Positions 35,701 through 46,987 of a DNA stretch of 64,000 nt are shown here, piece after piece. The position numbers were made by a program, and so were the translations under genes. Numbering within the stretch: position 1 is the stretch's first letter; each line of letters starts with the position of its first letter. The notes below the pieces were generated by a model that worked only from the letters and a program-made list of their open reading frames with translations, did not search any database and was not told the origin of the DNA. Source of the stretch: Macrostomum lignano (Eukaryota); contig NIVC01000740.1 of NCBI GenBank assembly GCA_002269645.1, positions 1 through 64,000 on the forward strand. Reading direction: 5' to 3'.

Positions 35701-38700
35701 ACAATTCAGTAATCCTTCTATTGACCTTCACAGTACAATCCAGTAATCCTTCTATTGACCTACACATTACAATCCGTAATCCTTCTATTGACCTTCACAG
35801 TACAATCCAGTAATCCTTCTATTGACCTACACAGTACAATGCAGTAATCCTTCTATTGACCTACACAGTACAATCCGTAATCCTTCTATTGACCTTCACA
35901 GTACAATCCAGTAATCCTTCTATTGACCTACACATTACAATCCGTAATCCTTCTATTGACCTTCACAGTACAATCCAGTAATCCTTCTATTGACCTACAC
36001 AGTACAATCCGTAATCCTTCTATTGACCTTCACAGTACAATCCGTAATCCTTCTATTGACCTTCACAGTACAATCCAGTAATCCTTCTATTGACCTACAC
36101 AGTACAATCCGTAATCCTTCTATTGACCTTCCCAGTACAATCCGTAATCCTTCTATTGACCTACACAGTACAATCCGTAATCCTTCTATTGACCTTCACA
36201 GTACAATCCGTAATCCTTCTATTGACCTACACAGTACAATCTAGTAATATTTCTAGTGACCTACTGACCTCCAATGAATGCCTGCTCTAGTACTGCTCTA
36301 GTCAGTGACCAATTAAATCCTCAAATAGCCTGCTTCGATAAAATTTGAAGCAACTTGCAACTCGCAAACAAATCTCGTTGCCAGGGCGTGGCAGGACCAC
36401 CGGGTAACAACGGAACCGCCGGCTCCAAAGGCGAGAGAGGTTCTCGTGGCTACAAAGGTGACACAGGCGACAAAGGAAAGCAAGGAGTGTCGGTAAGATA
36501 CACACACAAACCGTATAGTAAGTGTTAATTACATGAGCTCACGGATTTTATAATTTTAAATCTCAACTCCAACCGAATCCCCCGTTCCGCAGGGTGAACT
36601 CGGCGAGCCTGGCAAGATAATTCGCTACCAAGCCCAGGGTCGGTCGCTGCCACCCGTCGCGTTTCCCGGGCCCAAGGGAGAGCCTGGGCCGAAGGGCCGG
36701 CCTGGCTATGACGGAATGCCCGGCGATACCGGCTTCAGCGGCCCTTTCGGCCCATCGGGTCCTCCTGTGAGTCATTTATCTTCATTTGCTTGTTGAGAAA
36801 AGACTGAAGGTTTCCACTTAAAACTTGTAGCTGAAATCAACTGATTGAAATCAAAGCCGTAGAGTTAGTACTGAGATAACAGATTATGAATGTACGAAAT
36901 CAGAGTTGTATACTAATTAGAGGGGGGGGGCTTAACCTTGTGGTGCCAGCAGCCCAAACTCGATTCCAAGTTGGATCTCGGCTTGGCTCTGCTCGTGCAA
37001 TTAACGCCATTGAAGTAAAACTCCCAAGACACAGTAAACTGTACATGCCTAATGACAAATAAAGTCAGGGCTGCTGTGCAGCCCTGTGTGAGTGTGTGCC
37101 TGTGCGTATGACTGCGTACGTATCCGCGCGCTTGTGTGCCTGCTCAGGGGAGTCGGCGGAATGGGCAGTAATGCCTCTCGCCGGTTGTGTGACAATGTCG
37201 CCTAAAGTGAGCTAAGCCAAAAAAGTCGACCCCGCCAACCAACACACTAAAAGTGCACCTTCCTTCCAAACTTTTTCATAACCAAGGGCCCGATGGGTCG
37301 CCCCGGAGCTAAAGGACTCTTCGGTCCGCCCGGCGAGAAAGGCGCCAAGGGTGCCACCGGATTTGCTGGTCAACGCGGCTTGCCCGGCTCGCGCGGACCC
37401 ACCGGCCCGACTGGTTTCGTTGGCGAAAGCGGCGCTCCTGGCGAGCTTGGCCGGCCAGGCGAGCGCGGCGCGCCCGGCACCGATGGCGGGCCCGGAGAGC
37501 GCGGCGCCACGGGCTACGACGGCGTCTCTGGCTTGCCCGGGCCCACTGGACTGCCCGGCTTCCAGGGTCGGCGCGGAGTCGTTGGCGCGTTCGGAAAACG
37601 CGGCGACACCGGCCGGAAAGGCGAGCGCGGCGCTATGGGCGACTCCGGACAGAAGGGCGACGTTGGCGACGTCGGACCGCACGGCTCGGCAGGTCGGGCC
37701 GGATCGCCCGGTCTGATCGGCGACACCGGTTCCAAAGGCTTGCCTGGCGCGGTTGGAGATCGGGGACCTTCGGGCGATCCGGGCCACATTGGCGAGAAGG
37801 TGACTGTTTGACTGGTGTTGATAAGAGTTTTCAACTCTCTTTAAGAGGTTACCTGGATGAGGTGTTTTCAAATTTCTTAAGAATTGTTTTACAGTTCAGT
37901 CGGTTCGGTCTGACGCTGTACTTTGGGTTTCCTTCTAGTGCTTCAGTTGGCATCTTCACCATCTAATTAGGCTCTAGATTACCAGATATGAAAAAGACAA
38001 AATCTCCCCAATCCCTGTCACCAACTAACCATCTGCAGGGCTTCAAAGGTCAGAGAGGCCACGAGGGACAACGCGGCGACATCGGCGAACCGGGTGGTCG
38101 CGGCGACGCCGGTCCAACTGGCCCGCTGGGTCCGAAGGGCGGCATTGGGGCCAAAGGCGTCAAGGGTCAACTTGGCGAGCCTGGCAGTGTAGGGAACATA
38201 GGAGCGCGCGGTTCACCAGGCAGTGACGGCGGCGCCGGAGCTCCCGGCCGCTATGGACGGCGCGGCAGCCGGGGCGACCCCGGCGCGATCGGAGCGCCAG
38301 GCGCAGCTGGGGCAGCTGGCGCTGTCGGGTACCCGGGCGACCCCGGCGAGAAAGGTCTGCAAGGCGAGGCTGGCGTCGCGGGCGAGCCAGGACATCCCGG
38401 CTGGCAGGGTGTCGAGGGTCCGATCGGTCTGGAGGGTCCGCCCGGCGCCCCGGGCACGGACGGTGACCCGGGAGAGCCCGGCTACTCTGGCAACGCAGGC
38501 TTCCGAGGTAGAGCCGGGTTCCGGGGCAGACGCGGCCAGACCGGACCGAGGGGTCCGCGCGGTCCGCCAGGTGTTAAGGGACACCAGGGACCCAAAGGCT
38601 ACAGGGGCGCGCGGGGACCCGAGGGTCGGCGTGGACCTCCTGGAAAGCGGGTAAGTTGAAATTTATGAGGAAGAGTTTCGATTTATCGTTGCATGATCTT

Positions 38701-40849
38701 TAAGACAGTTTCCTAAATACTCGTATAGCACACGATCTTAAGGACAGCGTCCCAAATACAGAATCTTCAAGGACAGCGTCCCAAATACAGCATCTTCAAG
38801 AACAGCGTCCCAAATACAGCATCTTCAAGGACAGCGTCCCAAATACAGCATCTTCAAGGACAGCGTCCCAAATACAGCATCTTCAAGAACAGCGTCCCAA
38901 ATACAGCATCTTCAAGGACAGCGTCCCAAATACAGAATCTTCAAGGACAGCGTCCCAAATACAGCATCTTCAAGGACAGCGTCCCAAATACAGAATCTTC
39001 AAGGACAGCGTCCCAAATACAGCATCTTCAAGGACAGCGTCCCAAATACAGCATCTTCAAGAACAGCGTCCCAAATACAGAATCTTCAAGGACAGCGTCC
39101 CAAATACAGCATCTTCAAGAACAGCGTCCCAAATACAGCATCTTCAAGAACAGCGTCCCAAATACAGCACACGATCTTTAATGACAGTTTCTGAACACAT
39201 TCTCTGGTCCTTCCAAAAGCCCGTATCTCTTGCAGACCGTATAAATCATGCAAAAAACCTCCCCAAACACCGGTCAGGCCCGGATCGCCAGCGACCCAGA
39301 CGACGGCTCCCAGGCTCTGATGCGCGACGCGGCGCCATTGCCGCAGCCGTCTCGATTCGTTGACGGCAGCGAAGCGGCCCCGGCGGTGACCTGCGCCCAG
39401 CTGTTCGCCGTCAGGCCGCAGCTCAGCACCGGCCGCTATTGGATCGACCCGAACGGCGGCCGACCAGCCGACGCAGTCCGTCTGCTCTGCCGACGAGACA
39501 CGCGGCAAACCTGCGTAGCTCCCAAGCGCAGCCGGGTCCAGACTGCGCCGCAGAAGAGCTTCCAAACTGGTGGCAGCAGCAGCTGGCTTGTTGAGGAGAC
39601 ACTTGGACAGGGAGATGTGAGTGGCAGTCGCGGACTCAAGGCTGTTTGGTTGCTAATTACAATCATTGGTATTCTTTTCTTACATTTTAAAGTTAGTGTT
39701 TGCTGGAGGCACCTGAGAGGTTGGGATACCAGTAATAGAATAAAAGCAGAAATGATGAGCAAGATAACTCTTACTGGCATCACAAGCCAACGATTTCAAG
39801 TGCAGTCACATTACTGCCCATTCCGCCGACTCCCCTGAGCAGGCACACAAAAGCGCGGATACGTACGCAGTCATGCACACAGGCACACACTCACACAGGA
39901 GTGTACAGTGGCCCTGACTTTATTTATCGTTAGGCATGTATACTACACTGTGTCTTGGTGTTGGCCCTCAAGGTCGTTAATTGCACGAGCAGAGCCAAGC
40001 CGAGATTCCAATCTAGCCCCTAATCAGTGTGACTGCACTTGGAATCGAGCCTGGGCCGCTGACACGTCATACCTACTAGATTTTTTTAACCGCCTATTTG
40101 GCGGTGGCAGAAACAGCTCATAGAAATTTATGAAAGCTTTTCTCTATCATTAATTCTCCCCCCAATTTGTCCAAACCTTCCGTCAGCTGCAATACGAGGT
40201 GGAGGGCAGCCAGCTGAATCATCTGAAGCTACGCAGCCTGACCGGCAGCCAGACTCTCACGCTGAACTGCAACGCATCGGCTGCTAGCGGTCGAATTGTT
40301 CAACTATTTGCCGACAGTGACGAAGTGCTGACACACGGAGGGACCGGCTCGTTGAGGCGGGCTGCCAGATACAGCATCGTTGGCGAGGGTTGCGAGGTAA
40401 GCGGCTTTCTACACTGTCAGCTGTTTGTTTATCTGTTCGCACCCATGAGGGCCAACCCCCAAGGCACAGGCAGTGCACATGCCTGACGATTGGAAAGTCA
40501 GGGCCGCGGTACATCCTATAGCTTGTGTGAGCGTGTGTGTGAGTGCGTCCTTGCGCTAAGGTGCCCGCAAGTGACAAACCAATTCACGCCAACCCATGTC
40601 AATTCACCTGACTCGCGAGCACAAACGCACGCAAGGTGTACATCGGCAATCTTTCACATCATCAAATCAAATAAGAACTACCAAATCTTTTATATTCCGC
40701 AGCAGACGGCCAACAAGGCTGCAGCAGCTTATCAGCAGCGACTGCTGGTGTCTGGCAGGTCGCGCCTGCTACCAGTCCGCGATCTGCAGTCGCCGGGTTT
40801 CCCTGCAACCGGAGGAGCACTGGAAGTTGGCGAAGTCTGTTTTCTGTGA
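32789..40849 (+). CDS. Fibrillar collagen alpha chain B (signal peptide, RTRR furin site, interrupted main helix, COLFI domain); 12 exons
   Basis: Exons 32789-32846, 32956-32981 (26-nt microexon), 33325-34416, 34829-34981, 35196-35609, 36385-36492, 36593-36766, 37287-37799, 38039-38650, 39278-39616, 40187-40396, 40703-40849 (NAGNAG acceptor). All are phase-consistent. COLFI motifs [18 protein letters not shown]...DA....C.....[31 protein letters not shown]. Confidence 0.92.
32993..33305. repeat. 30-bp minisatellite (gcaactccccattgagccatggcatctcaa)n
   Basis: About 10 copies filling collagen B intron 2. Confidence 0.95.
34521..34749. mobile_element. Dispersed short interspersed element, copy 1, flanked by 10-bp direct repeats (tgaagtcact)
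   Basis: tgaagtcact at 34511-34520 and 34750-34759; homologous to 37083-37208 and (inverted) 39809-39900. Confidence 0.6.
35626..36245. repeat. 33-34-bp minisatellite (cagtacaatccgtaatccttctattgacctaca)n
   Basis: About 18 copies starting about 16 nt after the donor. Confidence 0.95.
37083..37208. mobile_element. Dispersed short element, copy 2 (truncated)
   Basis: Near-identical to 34521-34646 and shares the same cctgtgtgag end. Confidence 0.6.
38735..39175. repeat. 29-bp minisatellite (cagcgtcccaaatacagcatcttcaagga)n
   Basis: About 15 copies. Confidence 0.95.
39809..39900. mobile_element. Dispersed short element, copy 3 (inverted, truncated)
   Basis: Reverse complement of the first ~92 bp of copy 1, with the same terminus. 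Confidence 0.6.
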
Positions 40850-41202
40850 TCACCTGGCCCGGCATGTGGCTGCTTGGAAGTGGGCAGGTGGAACTTCTTT
40901 ATTAAAATGATTGCATAAACTGACTGTTTTATTAATCAATAGAAATTTTCAACTTTATATTGAATAAATCGAACTAATACTTGAGTATTTAGCACTGAAA
41001 AATCAGTTTTAACACATTGAACTACTACTTTCGTATTGCTTGGAAAGAATTTCGATGCATTAATTACACCGAAATCAGTCACTATTCGCTTCATTAGTTT
41101 CCGAGAAAATCCATGCCGACTAATGACTACCGGACGGCATCTGACGCTTTTTTCTTTTTAGTGCTTTTCTAGTCTTTAACGAAGCAGGGTTGAGTCTTTT
41201 AC

Positions 41203-41385
41203 ATTACAGCGTATCGATCAGTCTTATCAGTTTCACAGCGTATCGATCAGTCTTATCAGTTTTACAGCGTATCGATCAGTCTTATCAGGTTTACAGCGTA
41301 TCGATCAGTCTTATCAGTTTTACAGCGTATCGATCAGTCTTATCAGTTTTACAGCGTATCGATCAGTCTTATCAGTTTTACAGCG
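41203..41385. repeat. 29-bp minisatellite (acagcgtatcgatcagtcttatcagtttt)n
   Basis: About 6 copies. Confidence 0.95.
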
Positions 41386-42065
41386 TCAGCAGCAGCACCT
41401 CCTGCACTGTCGGTCGTCGTCGCTTCCATTATCGTGGAGGACTCTTTGAAGCTTAGCAGCTTGGCACCGATGTTTGGGCTGGGCTGGCGTTTCGTTACCA
41501 AAATGGAAAAAAAGACGTGAAAACTCGAATAAAAAATTGCAGAAAGTTTGCGTTTCAAACTTTCAGGCGTTTATTTAAATAATTTGTCACCACTAACGTT
41601 AAAAAGAAAAAAATACATTTTTATTCCAAGTCATTTTCAACCGGTGATAGACAAAAATACAGGATTCTGGAACAAAAGTCAAGTAAAATATTTTCATTGC
41701 AACCAAATATGACAGATTTGACACGAATTTAGAACTTAATAAATAAAAAATACGCATTTTCAATTTAATCTTTAATAAGTCTCATTGCAGAGCTATTAAA
41801 GATTAGATTAATAAATTTGCCACCACAAAACTCTGTCTACTCTAAACCCTCGCATTCTCGTGTGTTCCGGAAGTCATCTTTTCGAAATTTAAACTAACTA
41901 ACATCATTAAGTCGCATAGAGACACATACATAGTATCTGTCTTTTCAAAAACCGCTTCTATTTTTACTACAAACCAAAATTTGAAAATTTGCAAAAAGAA
42001 AATTTCAAAAGCAACAGGCCTATTCGTTGAATTCTTAGAACTTTGGACATTCAGATCTGATTCAG

Positions 42066-42530
42066 TCAGTTCAGTGAATTCCCTCTTGACATACGACGAG
42101 CCAACTGCAAGCGTCGCTCCTCCCACTGCATGTCCTGCTGGTGCTCAAGCGCGTCCATCTCCAGATTGTGCTGCCGCGCCAGAGCTCGCTTCGGCACCAC
42201 CCACAGCGGGTAGGCGGCGCCGCACAGTTCACAGCGGATCTGCAGAGATCGTCGTAGCCAATTGGTGACGCAGTCGGCGTGTGCGCTGCCAACACTGCCG
42301 CGGCAGTTGCAGAGATTGTTCAACAGAGGCTGATTATTGTCGTCCGCGCTGGAGCTTCTGCAGATGCGGCATCTGTTGTCATCGGATTGCGCGTTTGCAA
42401 CTGTCGTCGCAGTCTTGGTTGAACTGGACCTGATTGTCTTTGGCGGAGATCTACTGCGATCTCTGGCTGTTGTTGCTGTTGTTGCTGACGAGCGAGATCG
42501 ATTATTCGTGGCGTTGCTCTCGTTGGCCAT
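42066..42530 (-). CDS. RINGv (C4HC3, MARCH-type) zinc-finger protein without transmembrane segments
   Basis: CRICR...LCNCRGSVGSAHADCVTNWL......CELC is the RING-CH pattern. ATG at 42530 lies 27 nt after a ttacag acceptor. Single exon of 154 aa. Confidence 0.75.
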   Translation of the reverse strand: MANESNATNNRSRSSATTATTARDRSRSPPKTIRSSSTKTATTVANAQSDDNRCRICRSSSADDNNQPLLNNLCNCRGSVGSAHADCVTNWLRRSLQIRCELCGAAYPLWVVPKRALARQHNLEMDALEHQQDMQWEERRLQLARRMSRGNSLN

Positions 42531-42966
42531 TTTCTTTTTCTTGTTGGTGTTGGCTATCTGTAAGCTAAAGATAGACGCCTGCATCAATTCATGAATGAAA
42601 GCAAAAAGATTTATACAATGCTCACCGGTGACTTTTGTCTGTGGTCATAGCTGTTCTTACGTATTCCTTGAATGCAAGGAGTTCTATAATTAGCATCTGG
42701 AGTGGAAACGAGTTTTTCAGTTTTAACAATAGATCTTATATAATATCTATGCTTTGCCACGCTCCTATTTCGCTGCAGCTTCATTGGTGGGACGCCTCCA
42801 ACTGATGTCCACTGGGCCGACTGCTGTTTGGTCTCTGGGTCGAAACTGTCGATCCAGGATTCATCACCACTGACGATTTCCCAGACCGAGTGAGTCTGAG
42901 CAGCCACCTTTGCTCCTCCGTCAGGTGATGAGATTGTTGTGTGCGTATGCACAAATAGAGTACATC
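42418..42966. repeat. 549-bp direct repeat, copy 1
   Basis: No mismatch with 44931-45479 seen by eye. Confidence 0.95.
42770..42960 (-). mobile_element. Degenerate mariner transposase remnant (second copy about 45280-45500)
   Basis: IVSGDESWIDSFDPETKQQSAQW matches the mariner IVTGDE.W...Y.PE.K.QS..W motif. HHLTEEQR lies upstream in a shifted frame. Confidence 0.65.
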
Positions 42967-44930
42967 TTGACTTACTTGACTTAGCTGCAGGGCGGTCCGA
43001 AGACGCAGCGGGGAGGCGAGCGTCGCCCATTCCGCTAATCCCTGAAAGACCCGCATAGGCTAGGGCGCGGGGCCGGTCAGGGAGGTCTGCCGGTCCTGTC
43101 TGCAGTGTTGTCTTCGGTGGGGAAGACGGAGGCTCGCTTGGTGGCCCGGAGGAACCGGATGAGCCGTGGGATGTTCTCGGGCCGGCAAACGTCGTCCAGG
43201 GACGGGTTGGGCCCGAGGTGGTTGAGCCGGTCTCGGTTGAAGGCCGGGCAGTAGCAGACGAAGTGCATGGCATCTTCATTCTCGAGGCTGCAGAAGGGGC
43301 AGAGTTCACTCCGGCGAACACATCGGAGGAAGCAGTGCCTGGCAAAGCAACCGTGACCTGTGAAGGTCATAGTGAGAGCGCGGATATCTTTTCGATTTTG
43401 ATTCAAAAGGATTCTCCGCAGCTTGAGGGACGGATTGGGCACTGCCGCACGAGATTGGCGGCAGTTGGAGATACCATCCCATCTGCGCAAGTGCAGGATG
43501 TCCGCCCAGTCGTTAATCTGACGATTAATGACTGTGGCGGGGATGGGGGCCAGGGGCACGGGGCCAAGGGGCGAGCCGGAACAGCCCGCCTTAGCGAGGG
43601 AGTCGGCGAGCTCGTTACCTTTGAAGCCGGCGTGTCCTGGGATCCACGTGAGCCGGACGGTGTTCCTCCGAGCCAGCTTGTTGAGCTGCCCGATACAGTC
43701 GCGGACTGTTCGGGAGTTCGTAGTGGTGTGACACAGGGCCTGTAAAGCGGCCTGGCTGTCAGAGTGGAAGAAGATTCTTCTGTCCTTGAAGTCCTTGCGG
43801 TGGAGCTCAGCTGCACAGGAGCTGATGGCAAGGACTTCATTCTGGAAGACGCTGGAGAGTCTGCCAGTGTGTTGGGCGTGAGTAGCAATCACGCGGCCGT
43901 TGATAAGGATGCAGACTCCAAAGCCGGATAAACCGTCTTTGGAGGATCCGTCAGTGAAGCAGTGAACCTCCTGAGGGGCCCAGCTGTCGTTGGCGTTCTC
44001 CCTGGAGGGGATCGTGACCTTGAAGCGTTGGTAGAGGTTGAGGGAGCGCGGTTCAGCGTCCGAAAGGACAGCCGCACTCCCACTCTCCTCCAGAACTTTA
44101 AGGCACAGGTCAGAGTGCGGCAGGAGCTTGCGCTTCGCCATCGCTCTTTGTGGCTTGAAGCTAACACCAGCCTCGATGAGCCGGCGGGTGGTTTTAGCAG
44201 CCTCGCGACGGACAAAGATGTCCAGAGGCGGGAGGCAGAGAAAGGCGTTGAGGCCGTCAAAGGGAGCAGAGAGCGGGGCATTCAGGATCATGCGGCACGC
44301 ACGTCCCTGCACCTTTTTGAGGGCTTCGTGGCAGGTTTTAATCTGCAAGGCGCTGGTCCAGACCAGGCCGGCGTATGTAACGGCCGGTCGGACCATTGCG
44401 GTATAGATCCACCAGAGACGCTTTGGGGTGAGGCCCCAGGTGGTGCCGACGGCTCTGCGCAGCTGCGCAAGAATCGCGAGGGCTTTTTTGGTTTTGGCCT
44501 GGACGTGGGTGGACCAGCTCAGCCGGTGGTCCAGCGTAACGCCGAGACACTTGGTTTGCTTGCAGGATGGAATTTCCACCCCGTAAAGCTTTAGTGGGCG
44601 AATACGCCAGTTTACCCTGCTGGTGAACATGATCGCGACAGTTTTGGTCTCGGAGAGCCTGAGGCCGCACCTGTCCGCCCAACGTTCAGCAGAGCGAATG
44701 AAGTTTTGCAAAAGATCTCTAAGGGTTTCAGGTGACGGTCCGGATGCCACGGCTGTGACATCATCGGCGTAACCGACCTTGAGGATGGGGTCAAGATGGC
44801 TGTCCTGGAGGAGCTCATCGATGACCATGTTCCAGAGAACTGGAGAGAGGACACCGCCCTGGGGGCTGCCTTTGCAGACGGTTACCGTCCGTTGGTGGCC
44901 CAACAGGTGTGCGGTGGCAGTACGGTGGCT
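42967..44930 (-). mobile_element. 5'-truncated non-LTR retrotransposon (RT-RNase H-CCHC; R1/Loa-like, I group)
   Basis: Open frame 44930-43077: GSPQGGVLSPVLWN, YADD, KCLGVTLD..LSW, RNase H (FTDGS, NEVLAI, SDSQAAL, WIPGHAGFKGNELADSLAK), C-terminal CPFC...EDAMHFVCYCP. Short 3' UTR ends in (TAAGTCAAG)2. Confidence 0.92.
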
Positions 44931-45479
44931 GTTGAACTGGACCTGATTGTCTTTGGCGGAGATCTACTGCGATCTCTGGCTGTTGTTGCTGTTGTTGCTG
45001 ACGAGCGAGATCGATTATTCGTGGCGTTGCTCTCGTTGGCCATTTTCTTTTTCTTGTTGGTGTTGGCTATCTGTAAGCTAAAGATAGACGCCTGCATCAA
45101 TTCATGAATGAAAGCAAAAAGATTTATACAATGCTCACCGGTGACTTTTGTCTGTGGTCATAGCTGTTCTTACGTATTCCTTGAATGCAAGGAGTTCTAT
45201 AATTAGCATCTGGAGTGGAAACGAGTTTTTCAGTTTTAACAATAGATCTTATATAATATCTATGCTTTGCCACGCTCCTATTTCGCTGCAGCTTCATTGG
45301 TGGGACGCCTCCAACTGATGTCCACTGGGCCGACTGCTGTTTGGTCTCTGGGTCGAAACTGTCGATCCAGGATTCATCACCACTGACGATTTCCCAGACC
45401 GAGTGAGTCTGAGCAGCCACCTTTGCTCCTCCGTCAGGTGATGAGATTGTTGTGTGCGTATGCACAAATAGAGTACATC
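44931..45479. repeat. 549-bp direct repeat, copy 2 (includes a duplicated RINGv acceptor and start codon at 45043)
   Basis: Same sequence as 42418-42966. Confidence 0.95.
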
Positions 45480-45820
45480 ACTTTCCCACTTTGTGCATGC
45501 GAAAACTTATTGCCACCCGCTCGTAATCAACAAGATGTGCTTGCAAACAGCTTACTAGTAGGCGTGCATCAGCCAAATGGGTGATTAGAAAAAACAATTA
45601 CTAGAATATTTCCAAAAATCCAGACAATTTATGTAATTAGTAAATCACGGACATTTATCATTTAACTATATATAAATCTATTTGCACTTGAATCGTACTA
45701 CTAACAGTAGAGGTAGACGACGTATAAAATTGCAGACAAACTTCGTTGGGCATAGCTAATACATGCATGGCCATGAGTCGACTCGCGTGACTTCAGCTTG
45801 TCTGTCTGTCTATTTCATCG

Positions 45821-45833
45821 GTTGCTAAGCAAC
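45821..45833. promoter_or_regulatory. RFX X-box-like palindrome (GTTGCTAAGCAAC)
   Basis: GTTGC-TAA-GCAAC inverted repeat resembling the 13-bp RFX motif variant. Confidence 0.35.
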
Positions 45834-46246
45834 CAACAGAAGATTAGAAAGAAAGATGCTTTCAGTCAATTAAAAGTTTGGGCAAAGGAAACACAAGACA
45901 TTGAGTGAGACGATGGCACTGTCACGTGAAGCTCGCATCCGGCAGGACTGGAGTCAGCAGTCACGCGTGCAGGAAGACAGTGAAAGCCAAGGAAGAGCGC
46001 ATTGTTTGCAGACTTCCACAGAATTGAACGTGCAGCTGATGGGTAACTGATGGGCTTCATCAGACATACTCAGTAAAAGCTTTCAGAAAATCAGAAAAAC
46101 TAAAGCTGCCCGACAGTCTATAAGAACAGAACAGAAATGAAACCACTGATGCCACCCATAGCCAAAATTCGAAGAACTTGTCTATAAATATAGAAAAGTA
46201 GAATTCAACTGGCAATACCTAGAACATGCATTGCTAGTTCGGTAAG

Positions 46247-46987
46247 ATGTCAAAGACTTTGCTGCTAATTCTGTCACTGAGACTTCTGCTGCAGGCTCAT
46301 TGCCAAGGCTCACTGACTAACATCTATGCGAAAATTACTGGATTCCTGTGTGTCAAGCCCGAGTTTACAAGAAATTTCTCGAGCTTTGGCACTGTTCTCG
46401 AGTGCTCGATGCTCTGCAGCATGGAGCCGCGCTGTCAGGCGTTCAGCCTGGCTGACGGTCCGTGCCAGCTGTTCGTGTTCGACAAGTGCAGCAAGTCGGT
46501 GAGGGACTGCGGCTGCTCCAGAAGAGGCCGGGTGTTTGTGAAGCAGCAGCCGGGACTCGAGCCGGGTGCGCTGTGTCCGTCCGACTTCGGAGACGACCAC
46601 TGCGGAGTGAGGTACAAGCTGTTCAATGCGGTTAACACCTGGGCAGTGCAGAGACAGAGGTGCGAGTCGGAGAGCGGTCTGGTGATCATGGCGGACGTGA
46701 TCGACAGCGCCGAGCTGGCTGCCATCGGACAAGTTTACAGCACGAAGGCTGGCGGCGTCGCTATGTGGGTCGGCGGCTTCCAGACTCCGGGCAGTGCGGA
46801 GCCCAACGGAGGCTGGCGCTGGGTGGCCTGCAACATCAGCTTTGACGCCAGCCTGTGGGCCACCATCGAGCCCAATAACTACGGTGGCAGCGAGGACGCA
46901 GTTTTCGCCAGTACTGTCTTGGGAGACGCCCCGAATTCCAACACCAACAGAGCCGGCCTGTGCGAGTGCCTGTCGCCCTTTGACTGA
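46247..46987 (+). CDS. Secreted PAN/apple + C-type lectin domain protein (paralog 1, intronless)
   Basis: Signal peptide; C..LC..EPRCQAFS....CQL (PAN); CP..F....C...YKLF....TW...RQRC, MWVGG, WRW, W...EPNN...ED, LGD, LCEC (CTLD). Confidence 0.85.
   Translation: MSKTLLLILSLRLLLQAHCQGSLTNIYAKITGFLCVKPEFTRNFSSFGTVLECSMLCSMEPRCQAFSLADGPCQLFVFDKCSKSVRDCGCSRRGRVFVKQQPGLEPGALCPSDFGDDHCGVRYKLFNAVNTWAVQRQRCESESGLVIMADVIDSAELAAIGQVYSTKAGGVAMWVGGFQTPGSAEPNGGWRWVACNISFDASLWATIEPNNYGGSEDAVFASTVLGDAPNSNTNRAGLCECLSPFD

Noticed and set aside
39231-39250. Strong acceptor ttgcag at 39235 for collagen B exon 10
   Set aside because: It gives an in-frame TAA after two codons; the acceptor at 39277 preserves the frame into COLFI.
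42418-45479. LTR retrotransposon or Penelope pseudo-LTR interpretation of the 549-bp repeats
   Set aside because: No TG..CA ends, PBS, PPT, integrase or GIY-YIG. The RT is non-LTR type, and the repeats contain host gene and mariner sequence.
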